This document shows positions 37,808 through 50,481 of a DNA stretch of 64,000 bases, in pieces; positions within the stretch are counted from its first letter, which is position 1, and each line of letters begins with the position of its first letter. Origin of the DNA: Deltaproteobacteria bacterium (GTDB lineage: Bacteria > Myxococcota > Kuafuiibacteriia > Kuafuiibacteriales > Kuafuiibacteriaceae); assembly GCA_020632995.1 (NCBI GenBank), contig JACKEN010000001.1:265140-329139 (forward strand), written 5' to 3'. The notes beneath the pieces were generated by a model that saw only the letters and a list, made by a program, of their open reading frames with translations, was not told where the DNA came from and ran no database searches. A program made the translations under genes and the position numbers.

Positions 37808-38860
37808 TCAGCCCCCGCTGACGTACAGGTCGCCGAAGTTCGCCTGGAAGTCCTCCAGGGTCATCTCGTGGGTCACGTCACCGACCCCGCGCGCCCCGTC
37901 GTTCACGCCCCAGGGGTTGTAGACCTGGACGTAGCGCTGGCCGTCGCGCTCGTAGGCGTCCAGCACCGCGTAGGCGTGGTTGTCGTGCAGGGGCTCCGCC
38001 GTGCCGGTGTCGTGGGTGGACGCCACCATCGGGTGGTCGCCGTCGATCCCGCCGCGCAGCGCGGTCCAGGTGTCGTCGACGTCGCCAGTGGGGGTGATGG
38101 CGGTGCGGGTGCTCGGCTGGCCGGTGAGGGACTCCAGCGCCCGGCCTGGGTTGCCACCGTCGAGGTTCTCGTACGAGTTGCCCTCCTGCTGCGCGTAGGC
38201 CTTCTCGACCAGGGCGGGCCACAGGGTGTCGCTCTGCCCGTTCGGGGTGGGGTCCGCGTAGCCGGCGTCCGGGAAGGTCGGTTGCACGCGCTGGGTCTCG
38301 TCGCCCAGGCGCACGTCGAAGCTGCCGTCCTCGTTCTCGCTGATGCGGTCCTGGATGTACTCGGGGTCGGTGTGGGCCACCGCGGCCGACGCTGCCATGA
38401 GCCAGCAGTCTCCCAGATCGCCCTGATCCACGTCACCGATCTCCGGCGGGACCTCGTTGCCCTCGGCGTCGGTGCGGAACGCGTCGCCCTCCACCCGGGT
38501 GTAGCCGCCGCCCACGTCGTCGTCGTCGAGCGCGGGGTCCTTGCCGGTGCCGCCGCCGCTCAGGGCGGGGTCCTTGCCGGTGCCGCCGGTGGCGGTGCCG
38601 GGCTCGTCCGCGCGCGCCTCCGCCCGCTGCCGCAGCTGCGTGGCGAGGGGGTTCGCGGCGGCGAGGGTGCGGCCGTCTTGGGCGGTCTGCGGCGTGGCCC
38701 GCGACGCTGGCGCTTCGGGGGTGGTGGTCGTGGTGTCGGTGGTCGGGTTCGTGGCCGCGCTCGGGTTCGCCTCCTGGCTCTTCGCGGGGCCGGCGTCGCT
38801 GGTGGCGACGGGTGAGTGGTGGGTTGTGGTCGTCCTGGACCTGATCGAGGTGTCGAGCAT
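37808..38860 (-). CDS. Calpain-family (peptidase C2) cysteine protease with a Thr/Pro-rich disordered N-terminus
   Basis: QGDLGDCWLMAASAAVA is the calpain active-site Cys motif. HAYAVL is the catalytic His. YNPWG is the Asn/Trp motif. Confidence 0.75.
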   Translation of the reverse strand: MLDTSIRSRTTTTHHSPVATSDAGPAKSQEANPSAATNPTTDTTTTTPEAPASRATPQTAQDGRTLAAANPLATQLRQRAEARADEPGTATGGTGKDPALSGGGTGKDPALDDDDVGGGYTRVEGDAFRTDAEGNEVPPEIGDVDQGDLGDCWLMAASAAVAHTDPEYIQDRISENEDGSFDVRLGDETQRVQPTFPDAGYADPTPNGQSDTLWPALVEKAYAQQEGNSYENLDGGNPGRALESLTGQPSTRTAITPTGDVDDTWTALRGGIDGDHPMVASTHDTGTAEPLHDNHAYAVLDAYERDGQRYVQVYNPWGVNDGARGVGDVTHEMTLEDFQANFGDLYVSGG

Positions 38861-39003
38861 CTCAGAGCCCTTATCGGGGCGAGGGCTCGGGAAATTGCTA
38901 GAAATATCGGGTAGTTATTTTGCCTTCAGTGGATACCGTGGTCCGCTGAAGGAGGCTGAAGGGCGCTGAACACGTACAGCGGCGATGCAGTTTGTGTTGC
39001 AGA

Positions 39004-41481
39004 TCACGGACCCGAGATGAGCTGGTAGGTGTTGCCCGGCACGCTGCCCGCGTCGCGGTAGAGCTCGACCTGCAGGACGTGGGTGCCGCTCTGGGTGGCG
39101 GTGTAGTTGATGTTCTCGTCGTCGGTGGTCGAGAGCGAGGTCGCGACCTGGGTGCCCGCGGGATCGAAGAGGCGCAGGTCGATGTCACCCTCGGCGTGGG
39201 AGAAGAGGGCCTGCAAGCTGGCTTGCTGACCCGCGGTGAGGTTCAGGGCGTAGAAGTCGTCGTCGGCCTCGCACGCGGTGAGGCCGGAGTGGGTGCCGGC
39301 GGGGAGGGTGGCCGCCGCGGCGGCGGAGTCGTTGGGCTCGAAGGCGTCTGCGGTGCAGGTGGCGGCGCCCGCCACCTGGAAGTTGAGGGCGTAGGCGTTG
39401 CCGGGGGTGGCGCCGCTGTCCGAGTAGAGGAACACGCGCAGGGTGTGGGGGCCGGTGGTGGCCGCGGTGTACGAGAAGCTCTCGTTGTCGGTGGAGGTCG
39501 CGCTGCTCGCCACGGTGGTACCGCTGGGGTTGAGGAGCTGCACGTCGATGTCGCCCTCGGCGTCGCTGAAGGACACGTTGACGGTGACGTCGTCGCCCGC
39601 GGTGAGGTCGTACCGGTAGTAGTCGTCGTCCCCCGAGCACACCGTGAGGCTCGACTGGTTGCCCGGGGTCATGGGCCGGGCCGCGCTCGCGCTGTCGTTC
39701 TCCTCGAGCGCGTCGGCGGTGCAGGTGGCGGCCGGGGCTCGGGTGACGGTGACGTTCATGCCGTACGGGTTGCCGGGGACGCTCCCGGACTCCGCGGCGA
39801 GCACCACGCGGATGGTGAAGAAGCCGAAGTTGCGCGCGGTGTAGCTGACCGACTCGTTGTCGGTGGTGGAGTCGCCGGTGGCGAGCGGGATGCCCAACAG
39901 GCCCAGGATCTGGACGTCGATGTCGCCCTCGGCGTGAGAGAAGGTCAGGTCCACCCGGAGGGTGTCGCCGCCCTGCAGGATGACGTCGTAGAAGTCCTCG
40001 TCGCCCACGCAGACGTTGAGGTTGGCCGCGTTGCCGGGGCCGATGAGGGCGGCGTCGCCGTCGGTGTCGTTGTCCTCGAAGGCGTCGTCGGGGCAGGGCG
40101 CGACCTGGGCCCGGATGTCGAGGGTGTAGGTGTTGCCGGGGGTCGGGCCGGTGTCGCGGGTGAGCATCACGTGCACCACGTGCACCCCGGGCGCGGTGGC
40201 CTGGTAGGTGAACGTCTCGGTCCCGGTGGTGCCGAGCGAGCTCGCCACGAGCTGCCCGCTCGGGCTGTAGAGCTCGAGGTCCAGGTTGCCCTCGCCGTGC
40301 ACGAACGAGAGGGTCACGGTGACGCTGTCTCCCTGCCCGAGGGACACCGAGAAGTAGTCGTCGTCGCCAGGGCAGAGCGTCAACCCAGACTGCGCGCCGC
40401 CGTTGATCTGGGCCGGCGTCTGCCGGGTGTCGTTCGGCTCGAAGCGGTCCGCGGTGCAGGTCGCGTTGCCCTCGCAGTGCCCGGTGGTGGCGTTGCAGGT
40501 CTCGGGCGCGGTGCACCCGGTGGTGCCGCAGCCCGCCTCGCACGCCCCGGAGAACAGGTTGCAGACGGTGGTGGGTACGTTGCAGTCGTCGTCCGAGATG
40601 CACACCGGCCCACCGGCCCGGCAGCGGCCGGTGCTCGGGTTGCACTCCTGGCCGCCTGGGCACTGTACGCCGCCCACCTGCCCGCAGCCGGGAATGCACT
40701 GGCCGGACTCGCACACCGTCATCGGCGGGGTGCAGTCGGGGTCGCTGGTGCAGGGGCCCTCGATGGTGACGCAGCGGCCGCGCGCGGTGTCGCAGACCGC
40801 GTCCTCGTCGCACACCTGGCCGCCGGGCTGAGCGCAACCCAGGCTGCACGACCCCTCGAGGCAGATGGTGAGGGGCGGGTTGCACTCGGTGTCGAGGGTG
40901 CAGCCGTTGGGGTCCTCCGGCTTCTCGGGGTCCACGCACACGTTCTCGCGGCAGACGTCGGTCCCAGTGCAGTGCTCGTCGGCGAGGCAGGCGACGCAGG
41001 CGTTCTGGACCGTCTCGCAGTAGGTGCCGCTGGGGCAGCTGCCGCCCTCGCCGCAGGAACGTGGGGCGTCGATGCACACCCCGGTTGTGGTGTTGCAGCG
41101 CTGCTGGGCCGGGCACTGCTCGTCCGCCTGGCAGGACACCACCCGGTTCACCGCGCACTTGTGGGAGTCGAGGTCGCAGTACTCCCCGAGGGGGCAGTCC
41201 GCGTTGTCGTTGCAGCCGCTCGCGGCGCCGCCGACGCAGGCGCCGCCCACGCAGACGAAGCCGTCCTCGCAGTCCCGGTTGGAGGCGCAGCCCTCGCTCG
41301 CGCTGGGGCCGGATCCCGAGCAGCCCGCGAGGGCCAGCAGGGCGAGCAGGGCGGCGCCGGCCCAGGGGTGAAGGGCCTCGAGAGACGTGGGACGTCGCGT
41401 CACGGGTGCATTGTGGGATTCGGGTAATCCGCGGGACCATCGGTCAGACGACGCGGCGCCCCCTGGCGGAGTGGGCTTCAC
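39004..41481 (-). CDS. Lipoprotein with myxobacterial-type Cys-rich repeats followed by four tandem PPC (bacterial pre-peptidase C-terminal) domains
   Basis: The signal and lipobox are ALLALLALAGC. About 60 Cys occur in CxxxC/GxC repeats. There are four repeats of FEPNDT...GDDDYF...L.FSH.EGD-ID-L.L...G...A.S...D.E...Y.A...G.H...V. The start could be the GTG at 41412. Confidence 0.7.
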   Translation of the reverse strand: MKPTPPGGAASSDRWSRGLPESHNAPVTRRPTSLEALHPWAGAALLALLALAGCSGSGPSASEGCASNRDCEDGFVCVGGACVGGAASGCNDNADCPLGEYCDLDSHKCAVNRVVSCQADEQCPAQQRCNTTTGVCIDAPRSCGEGGSCPSGTYCETVQNACVACLADEHCTGTDVCRENVCVDPEKPEDPNGCTLDTECNPPLTICLEGSCSLGCAQPGGQVCDEDAVCDTARGRCVTIEGPCTSDPDCTPPMTVCESGQCIPGCGQVGGVQCPGGQECNPSTGRCRAGGPVCISDDDCNVPTTVCNLFSGACEAGCGTTGCTAPETCNATTGHCEGNATCTADRFEPNDTRQTPAQINGGAQSGLTLCPGDDDYFSVSLGQGDSVTVTLSFVHGEGNLDLELYSPSGQLVASSLGTTGTETFTYQATAPGVHVVHVMLTRDTGPTPGNTYTLDIRAQVAPCPDDAFEDNDTDGDAALIGPGNAANLNVCVGDEDFYDVILQGGDTLRVDLTFSHAEGDIDVQILGLLGIPLATGDSTTDNESVSYTARNFGFFTIRVVLAAESGSVPGNPYGMNVTVTRAPAATCTADALEENDSASAARPMTPGNQSSLTVCSGDDDYYRYDLTAGDDVTVNVSFSDAEGDIDVQLLNPSGTTVASSATSTDNESFSYTAATTGPHTLRVFLYSDSGATPGNAYALNFQVAGAATCTADAFEPNDSAAAAATLPAGTHSGLTACEADDDFYALNLTAGQQASLQALFSHAEGDIDLRLFDPAGTQVATSLSTTDDENINYTATQSGTHVLQVELYRDAGSVPGNTYQLISGP

Positions 41482-41574
41482 CCGACCTCCGGTCGGGCAA
41501 GCGAGCTTGCGGCGCCATGTCGCGCGGGCTTCCCTTGATGCCAGAGGGAGGGGCGTGTACCACCGTGGCCCAGG

Positions 41575-45036
<3,462 letters not shown>

Positions 45037-45124
45037 CCCTCGGGGTCTATCGTAAACCCTCGGGATCGCTTGACTCCGAGCCAGGTTCTGGATCCCCAGG
45101 CCGGGGCGTGCCAAGCCAGTCCTG

Positions 45125-47254
45125 ATGGCGTCGGTGACCGAGGGCGAGGCCCGCCTCCTCTTTGGCGGAGACGTGGCCGCCCTGACCCAGGTGGTGGAGC
45201 GCTTCGCCTTCCCGCGCGCGCAGCCCTTCAAGCTGCTCGAGACCCTCTCGGGTCGGCGCTTCGGGCCGGAGATGACCGCGTGGATCCGCATCTTCGAGCG
45301 CTGGGAGCTCGAGGCCGCCGACCCCGCGGACGCCGAGCTGAAGGCGCCGGGCGAGAAGCAGGGCATCACCGCGCTGGTGGAGGGCAGGGGGGCCGCCTGG
45401 CTGGCGGACTTCATCGCCTACTTCGTGGACGCCGCGGTGGTGGTGCAGGAGGACGCGATGAGCTACCTCGCGTCCCTCGCCGGCACCGAGTCCGGGGTGT
45501 GCAAGGTATATTACTTTCACCCGAACGACTGGGGCCTGTGGCCCACCGACCCGTCCCTCACCACCCGCCTGTACCGCACCCTCCAGGAGGAGGACCGCCC
45601 CGAGCTCGCCCACGCCCGCTTCGAGGGCGCGGAGGCCCGCCGCCGCGCCGCCGCGCTGACCTTGTACGAGACCCTGGCCAAAGCCGAGGCCCTGCCCGCG
45701 CTCCGTGACCCGGCGCGCCTGTGGCCGCGGGTGGACTGGCTGGTCCATGCGCTGCTGGGGGTGGGCAACGACTTCCGGCGCGAGCTGGACCGGGCCCCGC
45801 CCTTCACCGCCTACGCGGAGGAGGCGCCCCACCTGGCCGAGCACCCCCACCTCGGCACCTACTGGCTGTGGGCCCACTTCTTCCTCGACAACCGCGAGGC
45901 GCTGCAAGATACCTTGCGCCGCACCGCCGCGAGCGAGGAGCCGGCCCTGGCCGAGAGCCGCACGCTGATCACCGCGCTCGCCGCGGGGGAGCGGGTGCGC
46001 CTGGGCGAGCACGATCAGGCCGCGCTCCTCGCCCTCCGGGACGAGATCGTGCAGCGCGCTCCGATCGCCGCCTTCGAGCCGGCGGCCCGGGTGCGGGCCA
46101 ACGCGTTCCGGGCCGACCTCGCCAAGGAGAGCCAGGTGGAGGAGGGCGCCCGGAGCGTGCTCGAGGACGCGGCCCGCCGCGAGCCCCTGGTGCGCGAGGC
46201 CCTGACCCTGCTCGATCACCTCGCGGTGGGCGGCGCCATCCCTCCCGAGCCCGCCCCTGTGCACGGCGGCCTGCCGGTGGACGACGCGGTGGACCGCCTG
46301 GCCGAGCTGATGGACCCGCGCTTTCGCCCCCTGGTGCGGGCGCGCCTGGAGCGGGCGCTGCACGTGGGCGACAGCCACCAGGACGCGGCGTGGGGCCTGT
46401 TGGTGGCCTGGGCCGCCGCCGCCCCCGACTTCGATACCTTCGAGGGCCTGCTGAAGGAGGTCGGCACCGAGAACCTCGGCCCGCGGCGCCTGAGGGAACT
46501 CTACCGGGCCTACGGCCGCTTCGACGACCCGCGGGCCACCGCGTTCCTGGTGGCCGGCGTCCGGGCCTGGCTCAAGGAGATGGACGACTGGATCCGGATG
46601 GCCCCGGACGAGCCCCTCCTGCAACTCTTCCTGCGCGACACCCTCGACACCCACCGGGTGATCGCCGCGGTGCTCGAGCGCGCCAGCTACTCCGCCGCCA
46701 ACTGGACGGTCTGCGTGGCCGCCGCGGTGGCGGCGGGCGAGCTGAAGAGCAAGCGCGCGGTCCCGGGCCTGCGGCGCGCGGTGGAGTCCCGCCTCGGCCG
46801 GGTGGACGACGGCAGCCGCGCCAAGGTCGTGCAGGCCCTGGTGGCGGCCGAGGGCGCGTCTTCGCAGGCCTTCTTGCGCAGCCTCTTCGACTGGAGCCTC
46901 GACGAGTGGGAGTCGGCGGACGAGGACGACAAGGACGGCCACGAGAAGGACATCGCCTGCTACCTCGCGGGCCTCCTCACCCTGGCCCCCGAGGACCCAG
47001 TGCTCCTCGGCACCGCCCGGCGCCTGCTGGAGCTGTTCCTCTTGAAGCTGGGCCCCAAGCGCACCCCCCGCCGCGACATGATCGCCGCCGCCGCCGCGAT
47101 CCTGGCCGGCGTCCGGGGCGGCGAGGTCCGACCCCTGGTCGACTCGGTGGTGCCCTACCGCACCCTGGCCTTCCACGAGACCGCCTCCACCCGCGCCGCG
47201 GCGGAGGAGCTCCGCACCCTGGCCGACACCGTCACCCGGGAGTTGGAGGGGTAG
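45125..47254 (+). CDS. Hypothetical protein (709 aa, mostly helical, no recognised domain). It is probably co-transcribed with the upstream kinase-WD40 gene.
   Basis: A clean high-GC coding frame lies 88 bp after the kinase stop. The other frames and the opposite strand give R/G-rich artefacts. Confidence 0.55.
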   Translation: MASVTEGEARLLFGGDVAALTQVVERFAFPRAQPFKLLETLSGRRFGPEMTAWIRIFERWELEAADPADAELKAPGEKQGITALVEGRGAAWLADFIAYFVDAAVVVQEDAMSYLASLAGTESGVCKVYYFHPNDWGLWPTDPSLTTRLYRTLQEEDRPELAHARFEGAEARRRAAALTLYETLAKAEALPALRDPARLWPRVDWLVHALLGVGNDFRRELDRAPPFTAYAEEAPHLAEHPHLGTYWLWAHFFLDNREALQDTLRRTAASEEPALAESRTLITALAAGERVRLGEHDQAALLALRDEIVQRAPIAAFEPAARVRANAFRADLAKESQVEEGARSVLEDAARREPLVREALTLLDHLAVGGAIPPEPAPVHGGLPVDDAVDRLAELMDPRFRPLVRARLERALHVGDSHQDAAWGLLVAWAAAAPDFDTFEGLLKEVGTENLGPRRLRELYRAYGRFDDPRATAFLVAGVRAWLKEMDDWIRMAPDEPLLQLFLRDTLDTHRVIAAVLERASYSAANWTVCVAAAVAAGELKSKRAVPGLRRAVESRLGRVDDGSRAKVVQALVAAEGASSQAFLRSLFDWSLDEWESADEDDKDGHEKDIACYLAGLLTLAPEDPVLLGTARRLLELFLLKLGPKRTPRRDMIAAAAAILAGVRGGEVRPLVDSVVPYRTLAFHETASTRAAAEELRTLADTVTRELEG

Positions 47255-47392
47255 GCGGAACGGACACCGCATGGGCGGACGTAGCCCTCTACAGCCCTGG
47301 AGCTCCTGGGCTGGACGCCCGCGCGTCTACGCGCCTCGGGTGTGCACAGACGCGCCTTCACCGCCCCGGCAGCGCTGCGTACCGTCGCGCCC

Positions 47393-47671
47393 ATGATCTA
47401 CGCCTTCGCACAGCTCTCCATCCGCGATCGGGACACCCTGGGCGCCTACCGCGCCAAGGCGGCCGAGGCCCTGGCCCGCCACGGCGGCACCGTGGTGGCC
47501 GCCGGCCCCGCCACCCTCCTCGAGGGCGACGCCCCCGCCCCCGACACCGCCGCCCTGTTGGGCTTCCCCGATCGCGCCGCCGCCCTGGCCTGGATCCAGG
47601 ACCCCACCCTGGCCGACATCCACGCCCTCCGCCGGGGCAGTGGGGACTCCCGCGTCATCCTCCTCGCCTGA
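47393..47671 (+). CDS. DUF1330-family small protein
   Basis: MIYAFAQLSIRDRDTLGAYRAKAAEAL... has the typical DUF1330 N-terminus and length. Confidence 0.55.
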   Translation: MIYAFAQLSIRDRDTLGAYRAKAAEALARHGGTVVAAGPATLLEGDAPAPDTAALLGFPDRAAALAWIQDPTLADIHALRRGSGDSRVILLA

Positions 47672-47739
47672 CCCTGGGGCGCGTGACCCGCGTCCCACCT
47701 TGGGTGAAGCCCGTCCCACCTGCTACCGTCCCACTCCCA

Positions 47740-48278
47740 TGCTCCGCCTGCTGGTCCTGGCCGCGTCCCTCACCCTCGCCACCCCCGCCCTGGCCGCCGA
47801 GCCCGACCCCGACGCCCTCGCGGTCGGCCGCCCCGCCCCCAACTTCACCCTCAAGACCCTGAACCCGGAGCGCACCAAGAGCCGCCTCTTCGCCCTCAGG
47901 ACCCTGGTGGGCGACGACGCCAAGGCCAAGAAGACGGTGGTCCTCTCCTTCGCCGCCTCCTACTGCGAGCCCTGCAAGCGCGAGCTGAAGGAGCTGGCCC
48001 CCATGGCGGCGGACTTCGCCAAGCACGACGTGGTCCTGGCGGTGGTCATCATCGACACCGAGCCCGACGCGATCGCGGAGATGAAGAAGCTCACCGTCGA
48101 CGAGCTGAACCTGGCGTACCCGGTGCTGTCGGACAGGTTCGGGGTGCTGGCGCGCAGGTATCAGGCCGAGCAGCTGCCGAAGACGGTGGTGGTGGGCCCG
48201 GATGGGTTGGTGAAGTATGTGGCGACCGGGTTCAAGAAGGACGCGTTGCAGAAGTTGAGGGCTCAGGTGGGGCTGTAG
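47740..48278 (+). CDS. Periplasmic thiol:disulfide oxidoreductase (TlpA/ResA-like thioredoxin fold)
   Basis: The signal is MLRLLVLAASLTLATPALA. The active site is SFAASYCEPCKRE (CxxC). Confidence 0.7.
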
Positions 48279-48516
48279 GTTGCGGAGTTGTGGCGGGGCG
48301 GAGTCCAGAAGAGGAAGGCCCGCCTAAACCCTGGGAATCAGGCTCCTTTTCGGACTTGATCGAACCGATTCCGTCCAAGTGATTTCAGAGAGTTACGCGC
48401 GTTCTGATCCAGATTGTGGATCCCGCCCGTTGTGGAGTTATCGAGCAGGATTTGGCTGGCTGCGTGGCCGATGCAGCGACTTGCAGGCCAGACCAGTCTC
48501 GACAATAATGGCGCCA

Positions 48517-48917
48517 TGACCAACGAACGGGAAGAAGCCATACGACAGCTCGTACTGGGTGCAGCAGACCCATCCATCCTCGAAGACTATGTCGCAGAGC
48601 CTGAGGCATTGATTGAGGATATTAGGGGGGTACTACGGGATTCCATGCCGACCGCTGCGAAGCCGATCGTTCTTCGGCAGGGTCGCTTGTCGCTCTCGAC
48701 TGAATCCGCAAAGTACATAGCAGTCGTAATCGCCGCGGCTGACTTGCTTCTAGGATCGATGGATGCCTACCTCGATGCGGACAAGGACGGCTTTGTGAGT
48801 GAGGATGCCGAGAAGTCGTTCCTCGAAGAAGTCCGACAGAGATGTGGGGCAGTGGCTCTTACTCCTCGTGTTCAGTTGGCGGTCGTCAAGCTGGCGGTGG
48901 TCGCGGCCGCGTTGTAG
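48517..48917 (+). CDS. Hypothetical protein encoded on the low-GC island
   Basis: The ATG at 48517 (MTNEREEAIRQL...) gives a hydrophobic C-terminus. GC is clearly lower than the chromosomal background. Confidence 0.4.
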
Positions 48918-48935
48918 TCGATGACTTCCATCGGT

Positions 48936-50123
48936 CTATCCTGGCGCCTGACCTTGCAGCGACAGCAGGGTTCGCACGTGCGCGTCGAGGCGCATAGTAG
49001 TCATCTGCAAGAATTGAATCCTTCCCCAGACTACCCATGCCAGCAATACACAGCAGAGAACAATTAACGCTACGAGCCAACTCCGATGGAAGAACTCGGG
49101 CGAGATGGTCCACGCGGCCACGAATGCGGCCGCCAGCCTGCAGCAGAAGACGAAGGGCGTAAGAAGGCGTTCGTGAATTGTCACGTGTGGCGGGATCCGC
49201 AGCCTTCTGCCAGAATTCGCGTATGCGCCAAGGAACCTCAACAACGGGAGGCGACGCTTCCCATGTAGCGCTGCGTTGGGGTCGCGGCTTTCGGCCTGGA
49301 TCTCGTGTCGTGCAATTGCTCTCTGTAGGGCGTGTGCTGCGTAGTCGGATCCGAATCTATTCTCGAGTTGACTATACGCAAAGAGATCCGCGGTCCACTC
49401 GTTTGCTGTCTTCGACTTTTCGATTAAGTAGTTGATGATCCCCGCCGATACTATCACGCAAATGGGCCATGCGCTCATTGGGAGCATCGCTGCAGGGAGG
49501 TAATATGAGAGCATTCGAGGTCCAACTAGTGCATTATTGGCGTTGTCATTGCGCGCTGCCGTAGTTGCATGCCCCAGCTCGTGATAGGCTTCATACATCA
49601 GGCCGGGTGTGTCGACGTCGGGGACGCGGTCCAAGATGAGGATGTTTGCGTCGTACTTCAGGAAGGCGACATTGTGGTGCAAACGTTCTCCAGTCTTCGA
49701 GGCTCGATAGACCTGGAGCGTTGGCCTGTCAATGGGATGTTGCAGGCATTCCAGTGCGGAGCGACCGAATATGAGGTCCGGAGATACTTCATCGAGCCTG
49801 AATCCTCTGTTGTAAATATCTTCAATGAATTTGCATGTCTCCAACGCCGTGCTTCTTGAATAGCTGGCAGCGATATAGAGATGGAAGATCAAGAGCAACC
49901 AGAGCAGAAAGGAGGCGGGAACTAGCGCAGACCACCAGTCGTGGATCGGGATTGTAAGAAGGAAAGCTGTGGGGCCGACACCGAACGCGGCCAGCCATAG
50001 TGCCGTTGCCAAGATACTCCTCAACATAGAGGAGGCAACCATCGTATCATTGGCTTGGACCACAGAGGGTAGTTTCCACCAGCAGCGAGCCAATTGAAAG
50101 GGTGTGTTTTCAACAACGGTCAT
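48936..50123 (-). CDS. Polytopic membrane protein with a HELGH (HExxH) zinc-metalloprotease-like motif (M48/HtpX-like), encoded on the low-GC island
   Basis: The ATG is at 50123 (MTVVENTPFQ...). There are about 6 TM helices. YHELGHATTAA lies between TM2 and TM3. The upstream 100 codons of the track ORF are a high-GC read-through artefact. Confidence 0.55.
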   Translation of the reverse strand: MTVVENTPFQLARCWWKLPSVVQANDTMVASSMLRSILATALWLAAFGVGPTAFLLTIPIHDWWSALVPASFLLWLLLIFHLYIAASYSRSTALETCKFIEDIYNRGFRLDEVSPDLIFGRSALECLQHPIDRPTLQVYRASKTGERLHHNVAFLKYDANILILDRVPDVDTPGLMYEAYHELGHATTAARNDNANNALVGPRMLSYYLPAAMLPMSAWPICVIVSAGIINYLIEKSKTANEWTADLFAYSQLENRFGSDYAAHALQRAIARHEIQAESRDPNAALHGKRRLPLLRFLGAYANSGRRLRIPPHVTIHERLLTPFVFCCRLAAAFVAAWTISPEFFHRSWLVALIVLCCVLLAWVVWGRIQFLQMTTMRLDAHVRTLLSLQGQAPG

Positions 50124-50481
50124 GGCGCTCGAACGCAGCTCGGGCCCGGCTCCAAGCGTCGTAGGTGCGCCTCCCGGTGCCAGGCGGCCCCGTAGGCAGC
50201 GCTGCGCGCAGCCGCCGGTTCCTACGTGCCTGGTGCAGGATTCGCAACCTTTGAAAGGGTCTCGGCAGGTCAAGGGGCGGTGCCGCCGGGTCGTGACCAG
50301 ACGCGGGCCCAACTCCCCCGCCCACAGACCTCCTTCCCAAGTGGCAGAACGGGGCTCTGGTGTTTCCAGGCCTATAGGGGCTTCTGTAGGAATCGGCCCT
50401 CCATCGGCCCCTGGCGGGGTTGACCGAAAGATCAAACTCCAGTCTCATGGAGCCATAGCTAGCGGGCAAAGAAGAACGACA

